From NCBI GenBank assembly GCA_001179505.1, contig CDMY01000260.1, positions 81,763 through 145,762 on the forward strand: a stretch of 64,000 bases of DNA, written 5' to 3'. The notes below the pieces were generated by a model. It was not told the DNA's origin. It made no database searches and worked only from the letters and a program-made list of their open reading frames with translations. Each line of letters starts with the position of its first letter. Position 1 is the stretch's first letter. Position numbers and translations under genes: made by a program. Below, one piece after another: positions 1 through 13,108 of this stretch. This stretch comes from Vitrella brassicaformis CCMP3155 (taxonomy: Eukaryota; Protista; Chromerida).

Positions 1-24
1 CTCATTGCCACACACGATGCTCAG

Positions 25-880
25 GTGGCTTCCTAGTCCAGTCGTATGCGGCCAGCCACCCCGGCCGCGTGTGCAGCCTCATTCTCTGCAACGCCTTCAG
101 CAGCACGGCCCACTTCGCCGATGCGACGCCCTGGCTGTCACTCATCGCCTATCTGCCCGGCATGGTGGTGCGCCGTTTGGCCCTGGAGGCCTTCCCCCGG
201 TGGGACAAGATCGGCACCGACATGTGTCAGAAGGAAGCGGCGGCCTTCATGCACCACCAGCTGTCATCGGTGCCCACCAAGGACCTGGTCTCGAGGCTCA
301 CGTAAGGCAATAAATAAATAAGGGTCGGGAGAGAGGGAGGGGTGGATGGGTGCATGTGTTGTCTTTTGGTCACATGTCAGCTTGAATTGCACGGCGAATA
401 GTGTGCCGAGTGTGTTGCCAACAGATCAGAAGCGCATCACACTGCTGCACGTGGCCGACAAGACGCACATACCTGAGGCCCTCACACAAGACGTCAAGAA
501 GAGGTCAGTGAGGAGCAGGAGCCCATCAACCCACCCATCCATTCTTTCTCTCTCTCTCTCTTCCTCTGTCTCTCTCTGTGGGTTAATGTGTGTCTGTCAG
601 ATACCCCCGGGCACGTGTAGCCGAGTTGAAGTCGGGCGGGGACTTCCCGTACCTCAGCCGCCCCGATGACGTCACGCTGCACATCGTTGTGCACCTGCGG
701 GCCGCAGGGGTCTTCCCCCAAGCACACCTGACTACAAGACACGACAAGGTGACACACAACGGGGTGGGGGCGGGGGCGGTGGGGGGGAGTGTGTCGTCAC
801 GGTGTGGGTGCCTGAGTGACGAGGAGAGGGCTGCCAGGAAGAGGAAACAAATGGAATGGAAGAACCCATTCGCTGACTGA
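25..880 (+). CDS. SPG21: Maspardin (alpha/beta hydrolase-fold, SPG21/ACP33-like), 5'-partial; exons 25-301, 381-503, 601-880
   Basis: Spliced frame GGFLVQSYAASHPGRVCSLILCNAFSST...SRLTLNCTANS...VKKRYPRARVAELKSGGDFPYLSRPDDVTLHIVVHL matches maspardin motifs (RVHSLILCN, SRLTLNC, YPNARRAHLKTGGNFPYL). Canonical GT-AG introns keep the frame. Confidence 0.85.
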
Positions 881-1023
881 CTGACCCGGCCCATGTGTGT
901 GTGGCTGGGCTGACTCGATGAATGGCCGGGCCGACTGATTTGTGCAGACAGATACATGGATTGGATTGATGTGAAGCGTGTGTCGATACATGCACATATA
1001 GGTAGGTGCGAAGATATTTCTGC

Positions 1024-2181
1024 TCATGCATCTGCATCGCCCGCCTCCCCCTTTTCGCCTCGTTCGGCAAGTATTCTGTCGACCTGCTCACAGTACAGCT
1101 CCTGAGCGATCTTCTGCTTCTTGCTGAACCCACTGCCGATCGCCTCCACACCCTGGGGAATGTACCCACTGTAGCCTAAACCACACGCACAAGCACACAC
1201 ACAGACCCGTGGGCTGGGCCACACACGGGGGACAGACTTGCGTGTCTTCCAGCTGACCAGGAATCGACCGAGTGAGGTATGTATCCAGTCTGTCCTTCTT
1301 TGGCAAAGAGAGCTTGTAGGGGTACACGTCGGCGATGGAATAGGCCTGACTGCTGTCCTTTTCCTTGGCGGCCTGCCGACACTCAGCCGCGATTTCGTTG
1401 GCACGCTGCAGCAGCATTCATGAGACAAGGAGACAGAGACGCCACGCAATGGGTGGTCATGTGCCGTCGCTGGTGAGGCTTTCCTGACCTGGAAGGTGGC
1501 CCCAACGATTGTTTCTGAATACATACACACACCGACATAAATTGCAAACACGTGAGACTCATAAAGCGGCAGAACACTTCCGCGTCTGTCTCACCACTGT
1601 ATTTCGCAGGCACATAACCTGAACAGAGTTGAAAGAGGGATACATGGCCATGCGTCACAGTCAGGACACTGAGCGCAGGTACCTGAGTAGCCTGGAAGAC
1701 TGGACACGGTATAGTCCTTCTGCACCCGCGTCATCCCGTCACTTGTGTAGGGGCAGCCCGAGGGCTCCGGCCGGCACGCTGCCCGCTTGGCCTGCGTTTC
1801 TGCACTGACCGTTCTGGCCTTGGCGGCACCCTCCGTGACGAACTGACGCCGCAGCGTCCGATTCATCGACGCAAGCCCCGCTGCATGTAGTGCACAGACG
1901 TGGCACTGTTATGTCTGCGTGGTTTGCTTCTGTTGCTGTTGACCTGCAGCCTGGTTTGCAGAGGAGAATGTGCCGCCCATGATGCTCTCGCTCCTTTTGC
2001 CTGGAATGAAGCCTGGCAGCAGACAAAGGAATTAAAGATGCCGAACCCACACACACCCATTGAGGCGAGAAGGGAAGGAAGAGGACATGCCTGTGAAGCC
2101 TGGGATGGGCGTCTTTAGGTACTCGTCGATCTGCGCAGTGGTCTTGTCCTCTACAACCTCCTCTGAGCCCTCTGAACGCAT
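1024..2181 (-). CDS. FAM166/CIMIP2 (DUF2475)-like protein with three PG[FY][ST]G[FY][IV]P repeats; probable microtubule inner protein
   Basis: ATG at 2181 (MRSEGSEEV), stop at 1024. Spliced repeats TPIPGFTGFIPGKRSESIMGGTF, SSLPGYSGYVPAKYSETIVGATF and RSIPGYSGYIPQGVEAIGSGF. First intron is GC-AG (2013-2090). Junction near 1860-1940 not fully resolved. Confidence 0.6.
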
Positions 2182-2262
2182 CTTTCTTCAGTCGGTCTGC
2201 AAGCTAAGCCCGCTTGGGTTTCACTTTGAGCTCGCAATTTGAGGGAAGTGAACCGACTGTGG

Positions 2263-5200
2263 ATGCGAAGGAGTGTTGGCCGGAGCACGAGCCATTTTTC
2301 ACCCTTGCTTACCCCTTTTTGCTCTTTTCTTCGGTTGTTTTGCCTCGCCCTCGTGCTGCTTGTCCTGACAGTAGTGCCTGGCTGCTGTCGAGCGACCAAC
2401 AGATCCTCGGGAGGAAAGAGGGCCAACCGGAAGCCGACCGCCGGTGGTGAAGACTCGAGTCGCTGCGGACCTGCTGCACTCTCATCCCAGCAAAGCCCTG
2501 ACACCCCTCCCGCCACCTCTTCTATCAAGTCGTTCCTCGCGCGCCACCGTCGTCTCGTCAAGCCGTCTGCCGCCGCGCCCTCGCCTGTCCTCGGCAGTCT
2601 CTTTTCGTCCCGCCAGTCGCCGTCGGTCAACGTGGATCCCTCTTCCTCTTCTGTGACGGAGCCGTCTCAGAAGCGCCTCAAGACCGCCCAGCCACACACA
2701 CCAGTCGCCCAGGAGGAGGCCCCCCTGACCGCGCCACTCTCTGTGCGCATTGACGTGACAGCCATGGGCAACAAGCTGAGCGCACCGGAGCAGCAGATGC
2801 TCGAGCAGCTCGAGGGCGACAAGCTCGGCCAGGCGCACCTGCTGGAGCCCATCAAGGAGGACAAGAAGGCGGTCAAGAAGCTGCTGGCCGAGCTGATCAA
2901 GGCCGACAAGGCCTACCCAGGCGGCCTGCAGAACTACATCGACCGAGCCCGCAAGCTCCTGGCCGAGAGCAAGGCGGGCGTCAACCCGTTCGAGGGCTAC
3001 GTGCCGGAGATCCCCGAGGGCGAGAAGCTCGACGTCGGCAGCGCCGAATTCGCCGACTTTGAGAAGCTGGGCATGGAGCAGCTGGAGGGAGCGTGCTTCG
3101 TCCTGGTGGCCGGCGGGCTGGGGGAGCGGCTGGGGTACCCCGGCATCAAGATCGGCCTGCCCGCCGAGACCACCACCGGCATGACCTACGCGGAGCTGTA
3201 CATCAAGTACATTCTGGCCTTCCAGGCCTATGCGACCAAGAAGGCTGGCAAGCCCGTGAAGCTGCCGCTGGCCATCATGACCAGCGAGGACACCCACGCC
3301 CGGACGGTCGAGCTGCTCAAGAAGCACAAGAACTTCGGGCTGCCTGCCGACCAGCTGACCTTGATGAAGCAGGAGAAGGTGCCGGCTCTGATGGACAACG
3401 AGGCCAAGATAGCCCCCAAGGAGGACGACCCCTCCGGCATTCAGACCAAGCCACACGGACATGGGGACGTCCACACGCTGCTCAACTCACACGGTACGGT
3501 CAGTCGGCTCGGCCACACACACACATGGCGGCTGGCACCGCATGGCATGTGTTGTGGTGATGCGATGCGTGTGTGACCACTGACTAATGTGTGTGTGTGT
3601 GTGCAGGTCTTCCCCAAAAGTGGGTCAAGGAGGGCCGCAAGTGGGTGGTGTTTTTCCAAGTGAGTCCTCGCGACCGACGCTGTCTGTCCTCACACAAACA
3701 AACGCACAGCACATGGATGCAGCCATGCCCTCACCTTTGTGTGTGGATGGGATGCCTCTCAGGACACCAATGGGTTGATTTTCCGTTCCGTGCCAGCGGT
3801 GTTGGGCGTGTCGGCCAAGAGGGACTTCGCAATGAACAGCGTCACCGTACCAAGGCACGCACATACGCACGCACGACAACACACACACAGACATACACAT
3901 GTACCGTGCGTCGTGTGTGTGTCCTGCCTGCAGGAAGCCTGGTGAGGCGGTGGGCGGCATCTGCAAGCTCAAGAAGGACGACGGCTCCTCACTCACCATC
4001 AACGTCGAGTACAACCAACTCGGTACACTCTCTCCCTCCCTCCCTCCCTCCCTCCCTCTCCATCCACAGATGGATGATGGGATGCATTCCCTCTGTCTGT
4101 CTGTCTGTGTGTGTGCCTGTTGTGTTGTGCAGATCCGTTGCTGAAGGAGACGGGCGACAAGCAGGGCGACACTGCCGACCCCGTGACGGGCAACTCCAAG
4201 TTCCCCGGCAACATCAACGTGTTGGTCTTCAAGGCCGACAGATACGCAGAGACGCTCACAGAGACCAACGGCACCGTGCCAGAGTTCGTCAACCCCAAAT
4301 ACAAGGTAGGCTGACACTCGACACACACGCACACATACATGATTGGGGAGACGGTCGACCTGACGGACATGTGTGTGTTGTGTAGGATGCGACCAAGACG
4401 GCGTTCAAGTCGCCCACTCGGCTGGAGTGCATGATGCAGGAGTTCCCACGGCTCTTCAAGGACACCGACAAGGTGAGCGGGGAGGGGAGACCGATACGAT
4501 AGATACCCACACGCATACGAACACACTATCGACATGTGTGTCGTTTGGTGTGGCTGTGCTGGTCCCTTCCTCCCTCCCTCCCTCCCTCTCATAGGTAGGG
4601 TTCACGGAGCTGCCCCGCTGGTACTGCTTCTCGACGGTCAAGAACAACGTCAAGGACGCCGCAGCAAAGGCCAAGGGCGGCCTGCCACCAGAGGCACCCT
4701 ACACCGGTAGGTACCCGACACACCCACACACAACACCCAGAAGACGCCACACATAGATTGGCCGTCCATGTGTGTGTGTGGGCAGGTGAGATGGACATGT
4801 ACGCCAATGCCGGCCAGCTGCTGTCGATTGCGGGCAAGGCTGTGGGGTCAGAGGTGGTGTTGGGCGAGCCAGTGGAGGTGACATACCTGGACATCCCCTA
4901 CATGATGGGCCCGCGCATCGTCCTCAAGCCCAGCTTCGCCGTCTCCATCGAAGACATGAAAGAGAAACTCAAATCCGGCAAGATCAACATCTCCGCAAAG
5001 TGAGAAGGAAGGAGAGCACAGACAGCCGGGACGGGAGAATTCTTGTCGAGGTGTCTGTCTGTGTGTGCGTGTGGTGCAGGTCCACATTGGTGCTTGAGGG
5101 TGACATTGAGATCAAGGACCTCGATCTCGATGGCGCGCTTGTCATCAAAGTCGCACCTGGTGATGCCACCGCCACCACCACCACCGCCACCATGACACAC

Positions 5201-5423
5201 AGAGAGAGACATTGTGTGTGGTGGTTGTGCTGTGCTGCACTGTGTAGGTGCCAAGGCGATTGTTGATGGTCTGAAGGTGAGCAACCCCGGCTGGGAGTTC
5301 GTGCCTCTGGAGCAGCCGGACAGCGCCGACACCGCCCTGCAGATCCGCGGCTACCAGCTCAAGAAAAACGACGCCAAGGAATACACCATCAACAAGGGCA
5401 CAGAGACCCTGTCCACTCCATAG
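2263..5423 (+). CDS. USP: UDP-sugar pyrophosphorylase (USP); long N-terminal extension from 2263, or alternative start at 2764
   Basis: FVLVAGGLGERLG..IK, QEKVPALMDNEAKIA, TKPHGHGDVH, KWVVFFQ, INVEYNQL, FPGNIN, PEFVNPKYK, KSPTRLECMMQ, ELPRWYCFSTVKNN. Multi-exon; stop TAG at 5421-5423. Confidence 0.92.
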
Positions 5424-6977
5424 GCTGGCAGGCATGGATCCATCACACCAATTCGTTGGTCCGTGTTTCTGATCTGTGTGTGCCTCTATGTGTGCGTGTT
5501 GGAGAGCGGGCGTGGCGTTTATGGACGTGTGTGTGCATGTGTCGCGCATCTGTGGCAAGGGGGGAGGGAGGGAGGGAGAGAGAGAGGTGGTTGCTGCAAT
5601 TCTCTCTAGCGCTTTTCTAGTGTGTGTGTGTGTGTGGTGTGCATTTTCTTCTCTTCTCGGCAGGCCATCCCATCCATCCATGCATCCGTAGACACGAACA
5701 CAGCTGCTCGAGGTTTTGTGGGCACACCGATCGCACCGCACCCGTTCATTCATCCACCTCTCGTAGCACAGCGCGCACATATGAGCAAGCCGGTGCTCTT
5801 CTCGGTCTTGCACGCGGCCAGAGTGTTGTTCCTTTGCTTTTCTCGGAGGTAGAGAGGAGAAGAACAAACCACCGTGTGCAGTGTAGCAAACACTCCCCTG
5901 TCTGTCTGTCTGTCTGTCTGTCTGATATGAGAGAGAGAGAGAGGAAGATTCCTCGGAGAGGTGTCTTGTCGTTCTAGGCAGATCAGGGTAGGTCCTAGCA
6001 CCAGCAGCAAGCAGCATAGCAACAAGCCAGCTCTCACACAATCCGCTGCAATTTTGTAAGAGCCCCTCGCCTGCTAGCTGCCTGCCTGGCTGTGATGCCT
6101 GGCAGTTTCATGATCCGACTTTTTCGTTTTTCGTCGTCTGCGTGACGTATTCATGCGTGACCGAAATGGCGTTCATTTCCTGGCTGCATCTGTGGCTGAC
6201 GTGATGAAGCCTTTCGTCTGTGTGCTCGGATCCTGTCGGTGCCATCCATTGTGACACTCCCTGCGCGAGGGTCCCTCGACACCTCTCGTGCGGGGAAGGC
6301 TGCGTGGGCGCGACAATGATACGAACACACACACAGAGTCGGTACGTTTCTGCGCGCATGTGCGTGAGGGGTTGGCAGAGAGAGAGAGAGAAAGGGGGTG
6401 AGGCGGCATCAGCCCGAGAGCGGTCACAGCAAGAAGAAGGGAAAACAGCCAGCCGTATTTTTGTCCTCGTGTGTGTGATGATGAGACAGACAGATATCTG
6501 ATGCGAATCTGAGGGAATGAGTGTATCTTCAGATCAGATAGATGCGGCACGCGCCTCTCCGTCTTCCCTCCCTGATGGATTCATCGATTGATTGGCAGGC
6601 TGTGCGTGCATCCATCGGTCAGTCGGTCGGTCGGTCGCGTGTTGTCTTGTCGTGCCGTTCTGTTGTGTTGTGCTGTGTGGGGTCGTATATATCGTATTGC
6701 TGACAGTCACCCATCCGGCCGTGTGCGGTCTGCCAACGAAGTGCTCTACCAGTGAGTGAGTGATTGTGATGGGCGAACGGGCAGGTGAGGTGGGGGGTGT
6801 CTGTTGGACTCTCTCCGTGTTGATGTCTTCGTATGCCGCGAACCATGCGCAGTGCTGCATGTGATGTGGAACCTAAAAGGTATCGCACAACCTTTGGTGT
6901 TCTCGATGAGTTCGATCCACTGCGCGCTCAAGGCATGATCACATACCGCCTCTCGCGAAGCTTTCCGTGTTGATGGG

Positions 6978-9900
6978 ATGGATCTGACGTCATCGATGAC
7001 ATCTTCATCTGCGTCCGACGCCATCGCGCTGCTGCAGGCGGCTGACCGCCCCGATCTTCCTGGCACGTGCGTCACATTCCGACGCCCAGCGGAAATCAGC
7101 CGGTTCCTCGAGAGCACCAGAGCACGCGGCCGCACTCATGGGAAGCTGCTTGTGTGGCTGTTCGAGTGGGCCATGGGCGAGGTCAAGAAGGGAACGGCGT
7201 TCGGCGAGACTGACTGGCGGTTCCTGCAGGTGGTGCTGCCCGCCCTGCCTGTGGAGTACCCCATCCAGGCCTGGCTGCCGCTGCTCTTCTCCCTCTGGCA
7301 GGAGACCAAGCCATCTGTCTGCATGTCCCTGCCTGCGGCCGTCACCGCGAGTCTGCTGCGGCGGTTCAGAGGCCTGTTCATTCCATCTATCGACATGGTC
7401 CTCCCCCCTCTAGAGAAGACCGTCGTTGTGCTTGTGGAGGACCCGGCGAGGCGTGACGCGTGGGCCGCTGCTGGGGCGGTGCTGCTGTTCCTGGCGACGG
7501 CCCTGAGGGAGCAGACCAACCCCAAACGCGTGTTTGCTTTCCTCACGTCGATGCTCAGCGGCCCTGTCGCCAAGCTAATGGCGGCGTCGGTCGTCACTGA
7601 GCGGACAGGTGCGACGAAAGCTGCCCTGCAGCTGTGTTCGGCCGCCCTGCAGTGGCTGTTCGACGCGCCTCACCTATCGGGGTTTGAGGCCGCCTTTGTG
7701 CAGGATGGCATGCAGGCGCTTATCGGCAAGTACTCGCAGCACAAGAGGAAGCAGAAAGAGACGGCAGATGAGACGAGGAAGCAGAAGCAGCAGCAGGCCT
7801 TCCAGGGTATGCTGTTCGAGAGGCTGAGGAACGTCATATGCTCCACCTCCACACCACAAGGAGGCAAGCAGCAGCCAGCCAAGGCGTCCAGGAAATCCAG
7901 CAAAGCGGAAGGAAAACAGCAGGAGCCGGCTGTGGCTGCCTCGTCGGAAGCGATCGAAGGCTGCCTGCTGCTGCTGCCTTGCCTGTTCGCGGCCTATATC
8001 CGGGCAGTGAGCCGCAGAGGCGATCAGGCGGCCTCTCAGCGCCACCCAACCACACCCGATGCCGGCAAGGATAAGAAGACTGATGTGTTCAGGGGTTCGT
8101 CATCATCGCGTCATCAGCTGCAGACCTCGGCAGAGTTTTGTTTTTTCCTGCATCTGTACAACATGGTGTTGGGGCTGTACAAAAGCTCCTTGGCTGACAG
8201 TGGGCCGTCGCGGCAGCGTGTGGCGGCGCTGCGGTGCCTCATCACACTCTGGAAAAGGTCCGGTCCGCACACAAACCAACAGTGACTGGCGAAGGAAGAA
8301 CGACCGACCATATGTCTGTCTGTTGTCATTTGCCCCTCATTGTTCCTCTCTCTCTCCGTGTGTGTGCGCATCGATCAGGGTGACAGTCCACGGTGTCTAC
8401 CGTGTCCGTGAGGACGCTGTCGGCGTGCAGCAGGGCTGCCTCAAGACCCTCGCCCATCTCGCTATCACACGCCTGCAGGCAGTCACCCTCGCCCCTACCA
8501 GCATCGATACCAGCACCAGCACCAGCACCAGAAAGCGTCCTCTGGATGACGACAGCTGTCGAGATGAGGTGTGGTTGCTATGGGAGGGGCTGAGTGTCGT
8601 GCTTGAGTTGGAGCCCTCTCTCGTCGAGGAGCGGCTGCCGGCCATCTGGAGGCTGCTCGAGGACCAGCAACAAGAGGAGCAACAGCATCGGGCGGGGAAC
8701 TCCCACCAAGGGCCATTGGCAGGGTGTGAGGGAGAGAGAGAGCAACCACGGTGTATCGTCAGTGTTTGGTGGACTGTCCCTCTCTTTGTTGATGTGTGTG
8801 TTGTCAGTGAGGGCTTCACCGTCCGTCTGCTCGCCGTGTTTGCGCGCCTGAACGACCTCCCCTCCATCATCGAATCCATCGCCACCGCGTCAAAGGACAG
8901 CGACACACCAGACGCCCCCACGCCCCTCTCCCTGACCTTCATCACACCTGCCCGAGTGCTCGCCAGTGTCCAGCGGGCAGCAGCATCGGCACTGCCCGTG
9001 CAGGTATGCAGGAAAGTGCATGTGCGTGTCTGGATGTCTATGTGTGTGACGAATCGAATCGGTCCCGTGTGTCGTGTTGCCCTGCCGGCAGAGTGAGAAG
9101 ATCTGGATGGGCCTGCTGTCCTGCCTGCGGGAGCGGCTGGCGAGTGCCGCTGAGTGGCGGGGACACATACAGAGGGAAAAGAAGAGGCTGAAGAAGCGGA
9201 AACGAAGTGAAGGTGCCGACGCAGCAGATGCAGATGGACGTCAAGGCGCGGGTGTGCCTCTCGCAGACCTGGAGAAAGGTGAGAGAAAAGCACACAAACA
9301 CAGGGGGGCCCCAACATTCCTTCCTTCGATTCTTCAATGTGTTGGTGTACTCAGGTCTGGAGTTCCGTGAGCGAGCGTCAGGCAGCATCGCCCTCGTGCT
9401 CAGCCACTTCGTCGCCCACACAGACGTCAAAGAGGTCCTCCTGCAGCCGCTGGCCACTCTCACCCGCGACACCTTCTCCCTCGTCGCGCCCACACCGCCA
9501 GACGGCCCCGCATCCCCCATGCTGCCGCCCATCGCCGCGCCATCCCTACTGCTGGCACTGGCCAACCTCTCACGACGTCTGTGTGCGTGGCTGCCACCTA
9601 TGGTGACGACCGACGAAGGCAGCAATGGCCGCATACGTGAGCTGCTAGACGTGTCGCAAGGCGTGCTGCAGCAACTGGCGGAGACGTCACAGGCGAGTGA
9701 TGATGATCTCGAGACGCGGGACATGGGCGTGCAAGTGGCGTTGCAGCTATTGGATCGGCTGATTGAGATCCCCGGGGCGCGTCACGACCATGCCGCCCAG
9801 TCGCCGGCCTCGCGCATCCTCGGCGCTCTTGCCCCCGGCCCACCAGGCGATCAAGACGATGCCGACGACGCGCCTGCGTCTCTGCGGACATTCGTGTGGC

Positions 9901-12900
9901 AGCACGCCGCTCCACATCTTCGAGTGCTGCTTAGGGCAACAGCAGCGGCTGATGGCAACGATGAAAGCTGTGGGGTGGTGTGTCGCTACCTGCTGCCCAA
10001 GAGGCTGGCACACGCACTGCCGCCTGCAGTGGTCGGGCAGGGGGCGAGTGGCAGAGTGGTGGGTGTTGCGGCGACCACTCGTGCGTTGTGGCTGGGGCAG
10101 CTGGGCGTCGATGTGCTGGAGATTCCTGCGATCAAGGTGTGTCGCAGAGGGGACACAAGACACCCACACAGGGGCAGACTGACCTTTTGGTATTCATGTC
10201 CTCCCCACAGGTCCCGCTATTGACGCGGTTGACTGATCTGCTCCGCCAGGCAACGACAAAGCTGCGAAAGAAGACGGATCGTCTGCGAGAGACCGTTGCT
10301 GCCCTTCCGCGAGAAAACCTCGTGAAAGGGTGAGCGAGCGATGGATAGCTCCATAGAGAGCCCATCACCGTGATGTCAATATGCGCGTGTGCAGGCTGTC
10401 TGCGGCCGTGCAAGACATCTGCGCCCTCTACGCCGCCACGTCCCTGTTCCCTCCTGCCTACTTGGTCACCCTCCCCGCCCCTCCACTGCTAACCCTGCTG
10501 CTGCGAACATGGCACACACTCGGCCCCCTATCGGACCTCAAGAACATGGTCCACCTACCACCACCACTGGCCCCCACCGTGCAGCAGGCGGCTATGTGCT
10601 GCGCCATGGTCTTGCACCGGTTGTGTGCATCATGCGATCGCGGACCGTCGTTTCTGGCTCTCCATCTGCTGAGGGAGATCGATACTGACGACGAGCAGGC
10701 GAGTGCCTGTGCACAGCGGCTGGCGGCTGCTATTGGTCTTGACGACAGCAACGGTGGTCTGGACGAGGGTGTGACACTCCCTGGGGTGGTGGAGATGCTG
10801 GCGGCCGACGACCATCGGGAGCAATGCGACGAGAGAGTGGATGCCGCCGCGTCGCTTCTCGTCCTGGCCGTATCGGGCCTCCTGCAAGACAGTGGCCAAC
10901 CGCAGCAGCAACAGCCACAGCAAGGTGCCACCCTGCTGCAAAAGATGCAGGCTCTCGTTCGCGAGACCCACATAGACGCCGAGCTCACCGTCCTGCCCGC
11001 GTTGTCATCGGCCACCCTCTTCAAGCCCTTCCTATCTCGCGACGAGCGAGCCTGCTGGCAACTGACGGCGAGCAAGAGCAAGCATCGCTTCGCTGGGCGT
11101 GTGTTGGCCACTGTGTGGGACCGCGTTGCCGCTCTCGACGGCGGGGCGGCCTTGCTGCGTCGGGTCAAGGTCAGCTCGGGAATGGTTGACCGCATCGACA
11201 AGGGAGTGGGCAAACGCGCCCCCGATCTGGCGCCACTGCTGCTGCGGCTCACATCCTCCCACCTTGACGCGCAGCTCACTGATGCCGACGAGGAAACGAT
11301 GACAGAAGAGTCTGTAAGCGAGATGGCCGCTCGGCTGTTCGCCATGCTGCCGCGCGTCATCGGGCATGACGACAAGGCTGCGTGGGGCGGGGCTGTCGAT
11401 CGGGCGCTGGAGGCCTTCTGTCGGCACTGGGGCAGGAGGGAGAGCATTCTGAGTGGAGAAGAGGACGTGACGATTGGCCTCGTGGACATGCTGGTGGGGA
11501 GGACCGCTGTGCTGCTGTCCGCTAGAATGGAGGACACCGTCGCCAAAACAGGTGAATGAGAAGTGGCGTCTGCTTCCACGAGTGTGTGTGTCGACTGATT
11601 GGATTTGATTGGTACTGTGCGTCGATCAGGTGTGTGGCTTGACAAGACGTGGCGGTGTCTGCTGGACGGCAGCATCAACATGCAGGAGAACTCCTCCACC
11701 CCTCTCGACAAGTGCTGGCTCACACTCATCCCACAGCTCTCAACCCAAGACCTCTCAGCCGTCATCTCACGACTCGCAAACACAATCGCCACACCCACAC
11801 CGAACCAACACCCCCCTCTCAAGGCGCTTGCGGCCCTGGAGGGCCTCTCCTGTCTGCTTCGGTCGCGAGGCAACATCATCAAGGCACTCGGCCCACCAGA
11901 GGTGCCGGCAGGTTTGGCGAGGGGCATTATGGGGTCGTTGCAGCTGGCGAGAGAGCTGCTGATGGGACGGCACGAGTTGGAGGAGGACAGTGGGAGGACG
12001 GCTGCTGGCGTCTTGGCGTGTGTGAGGGGCGTGCAGTGCGCTGTCAACTTCATGGCGGCGACCAGACGCAGAAGTGATATTACATGGATGGATGGATCCA
12101 TGGATGGATGGATGGATTCCTGTGTGTGTGTGTGTGTGTGTCCCAGGTTCCCACATTAGTGAGGGTGTTGGGTCGACTGTCACCCCGGCCGACCGGCTGT
12201 GCGCATCACTGCTGCTCACTGCAGCTGACATCGCCTCAAACGCAGCAATGCACAGGTGAGGTGTGCGATGCCAACACACCACACGACAGGTCACCATCTC
12301 ACATCATGGCAATGCAATGTCAACCGCGTCAGATTGCCCACCAGAGGCCCCTTTGACATTTCTGAGGTGGCTGGTGTTGAGTGCCGGCTGCTGCCCAATG
12401 TGGGCTACTACGCCCTGTATGTGCTGCTGACGCCCTCGCCACACATCCGTTTGTCGGCGGCCGAGCACCGCAGAGCCGACTCGCTGTGGGTCAAGAAGAT
12501 CGCCGTCGTCCAGACAATCATGACCAGACTGCTCAGGGCCGTCTTCATGATGAGCGACGCCACGTAAGCTAAGCGGACCGGACAGCACATAGAGATGTCT
12601 GTTCCCTTTCAGGGAGGGAGGGAGGGATGTGTGTGTGGTCGGTGTCTGTCGGTCTACGCAGGTCTGCCCTGAGTCTCGCGCAGGACGTCTGTCGGCTTTG
12701 GGCGCTGTTCGTGCTGCCCGAGAGGTAAACCTAGAACCTTCCACACACTCACCTCACTCGTGCCATCCATATTCTGCTATGCGTGTGTGTTCCTTCTCTC
12801 TCAGGCTGTCGTCAACGCGTCACTACCTGACGGCATTCGTGGGCGAGTTCGTCGACCAGAAACGACAGTTCACCACACTCACTGGCAGCATGGCCTCTGA

Positions 12901-13108
12901 GCTGAGCGAAGGGGATGCCACCGCGTTTGCCAGCTGGTCCCGTGTGATTGCTGTCCTGTCTGCCGGGCTGGCGCCCATCTTTGAGGCGTGCAGCGACCAC
13001 GCCAAGCAGAGCCTCTATGCGGGACTGCTGCACGAGGGCAACAGGGGGGTCTTCCAGGAGGTCTATGGGGCCTTCACTAAGCAGCACAATTATAAGGGCA
13101 AGGTCTGA
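6978..13108 (+). CDS. URB2: URB2/Npa2-like nucleolar pre-ribosomal-associated protein (large, helical, multi-exon); start uncertain
   Basis: Chain of long Leu/Ala-rich exons. The C-terminus LAPIFEACSDHAKQSLYAGLLHEGNRGVFQEVYGAFTKQHNYKGKV* resembles the Urb2 C-terminal motif (…CS..D…L.…Y.GKV). Confidence 0.6.

Noticed and set aside
2482-3474. 330-aa minus-strand ORF
   Set aside because: Antisense shadow of the GC3-rich USP exon; no motifs of its own.
5145-6041. 298-aa minus-strand ORF
   Set aside because: Largely translated microsatellites (HTHT, QTDR) and overlaps the USP 3' exons.
10458-12101. 547-aa minus-strand ORF
   Set aside because: Antisense to URB2-like exons; S/R/A-rich shadow translation that runs through intronic microsatellites.
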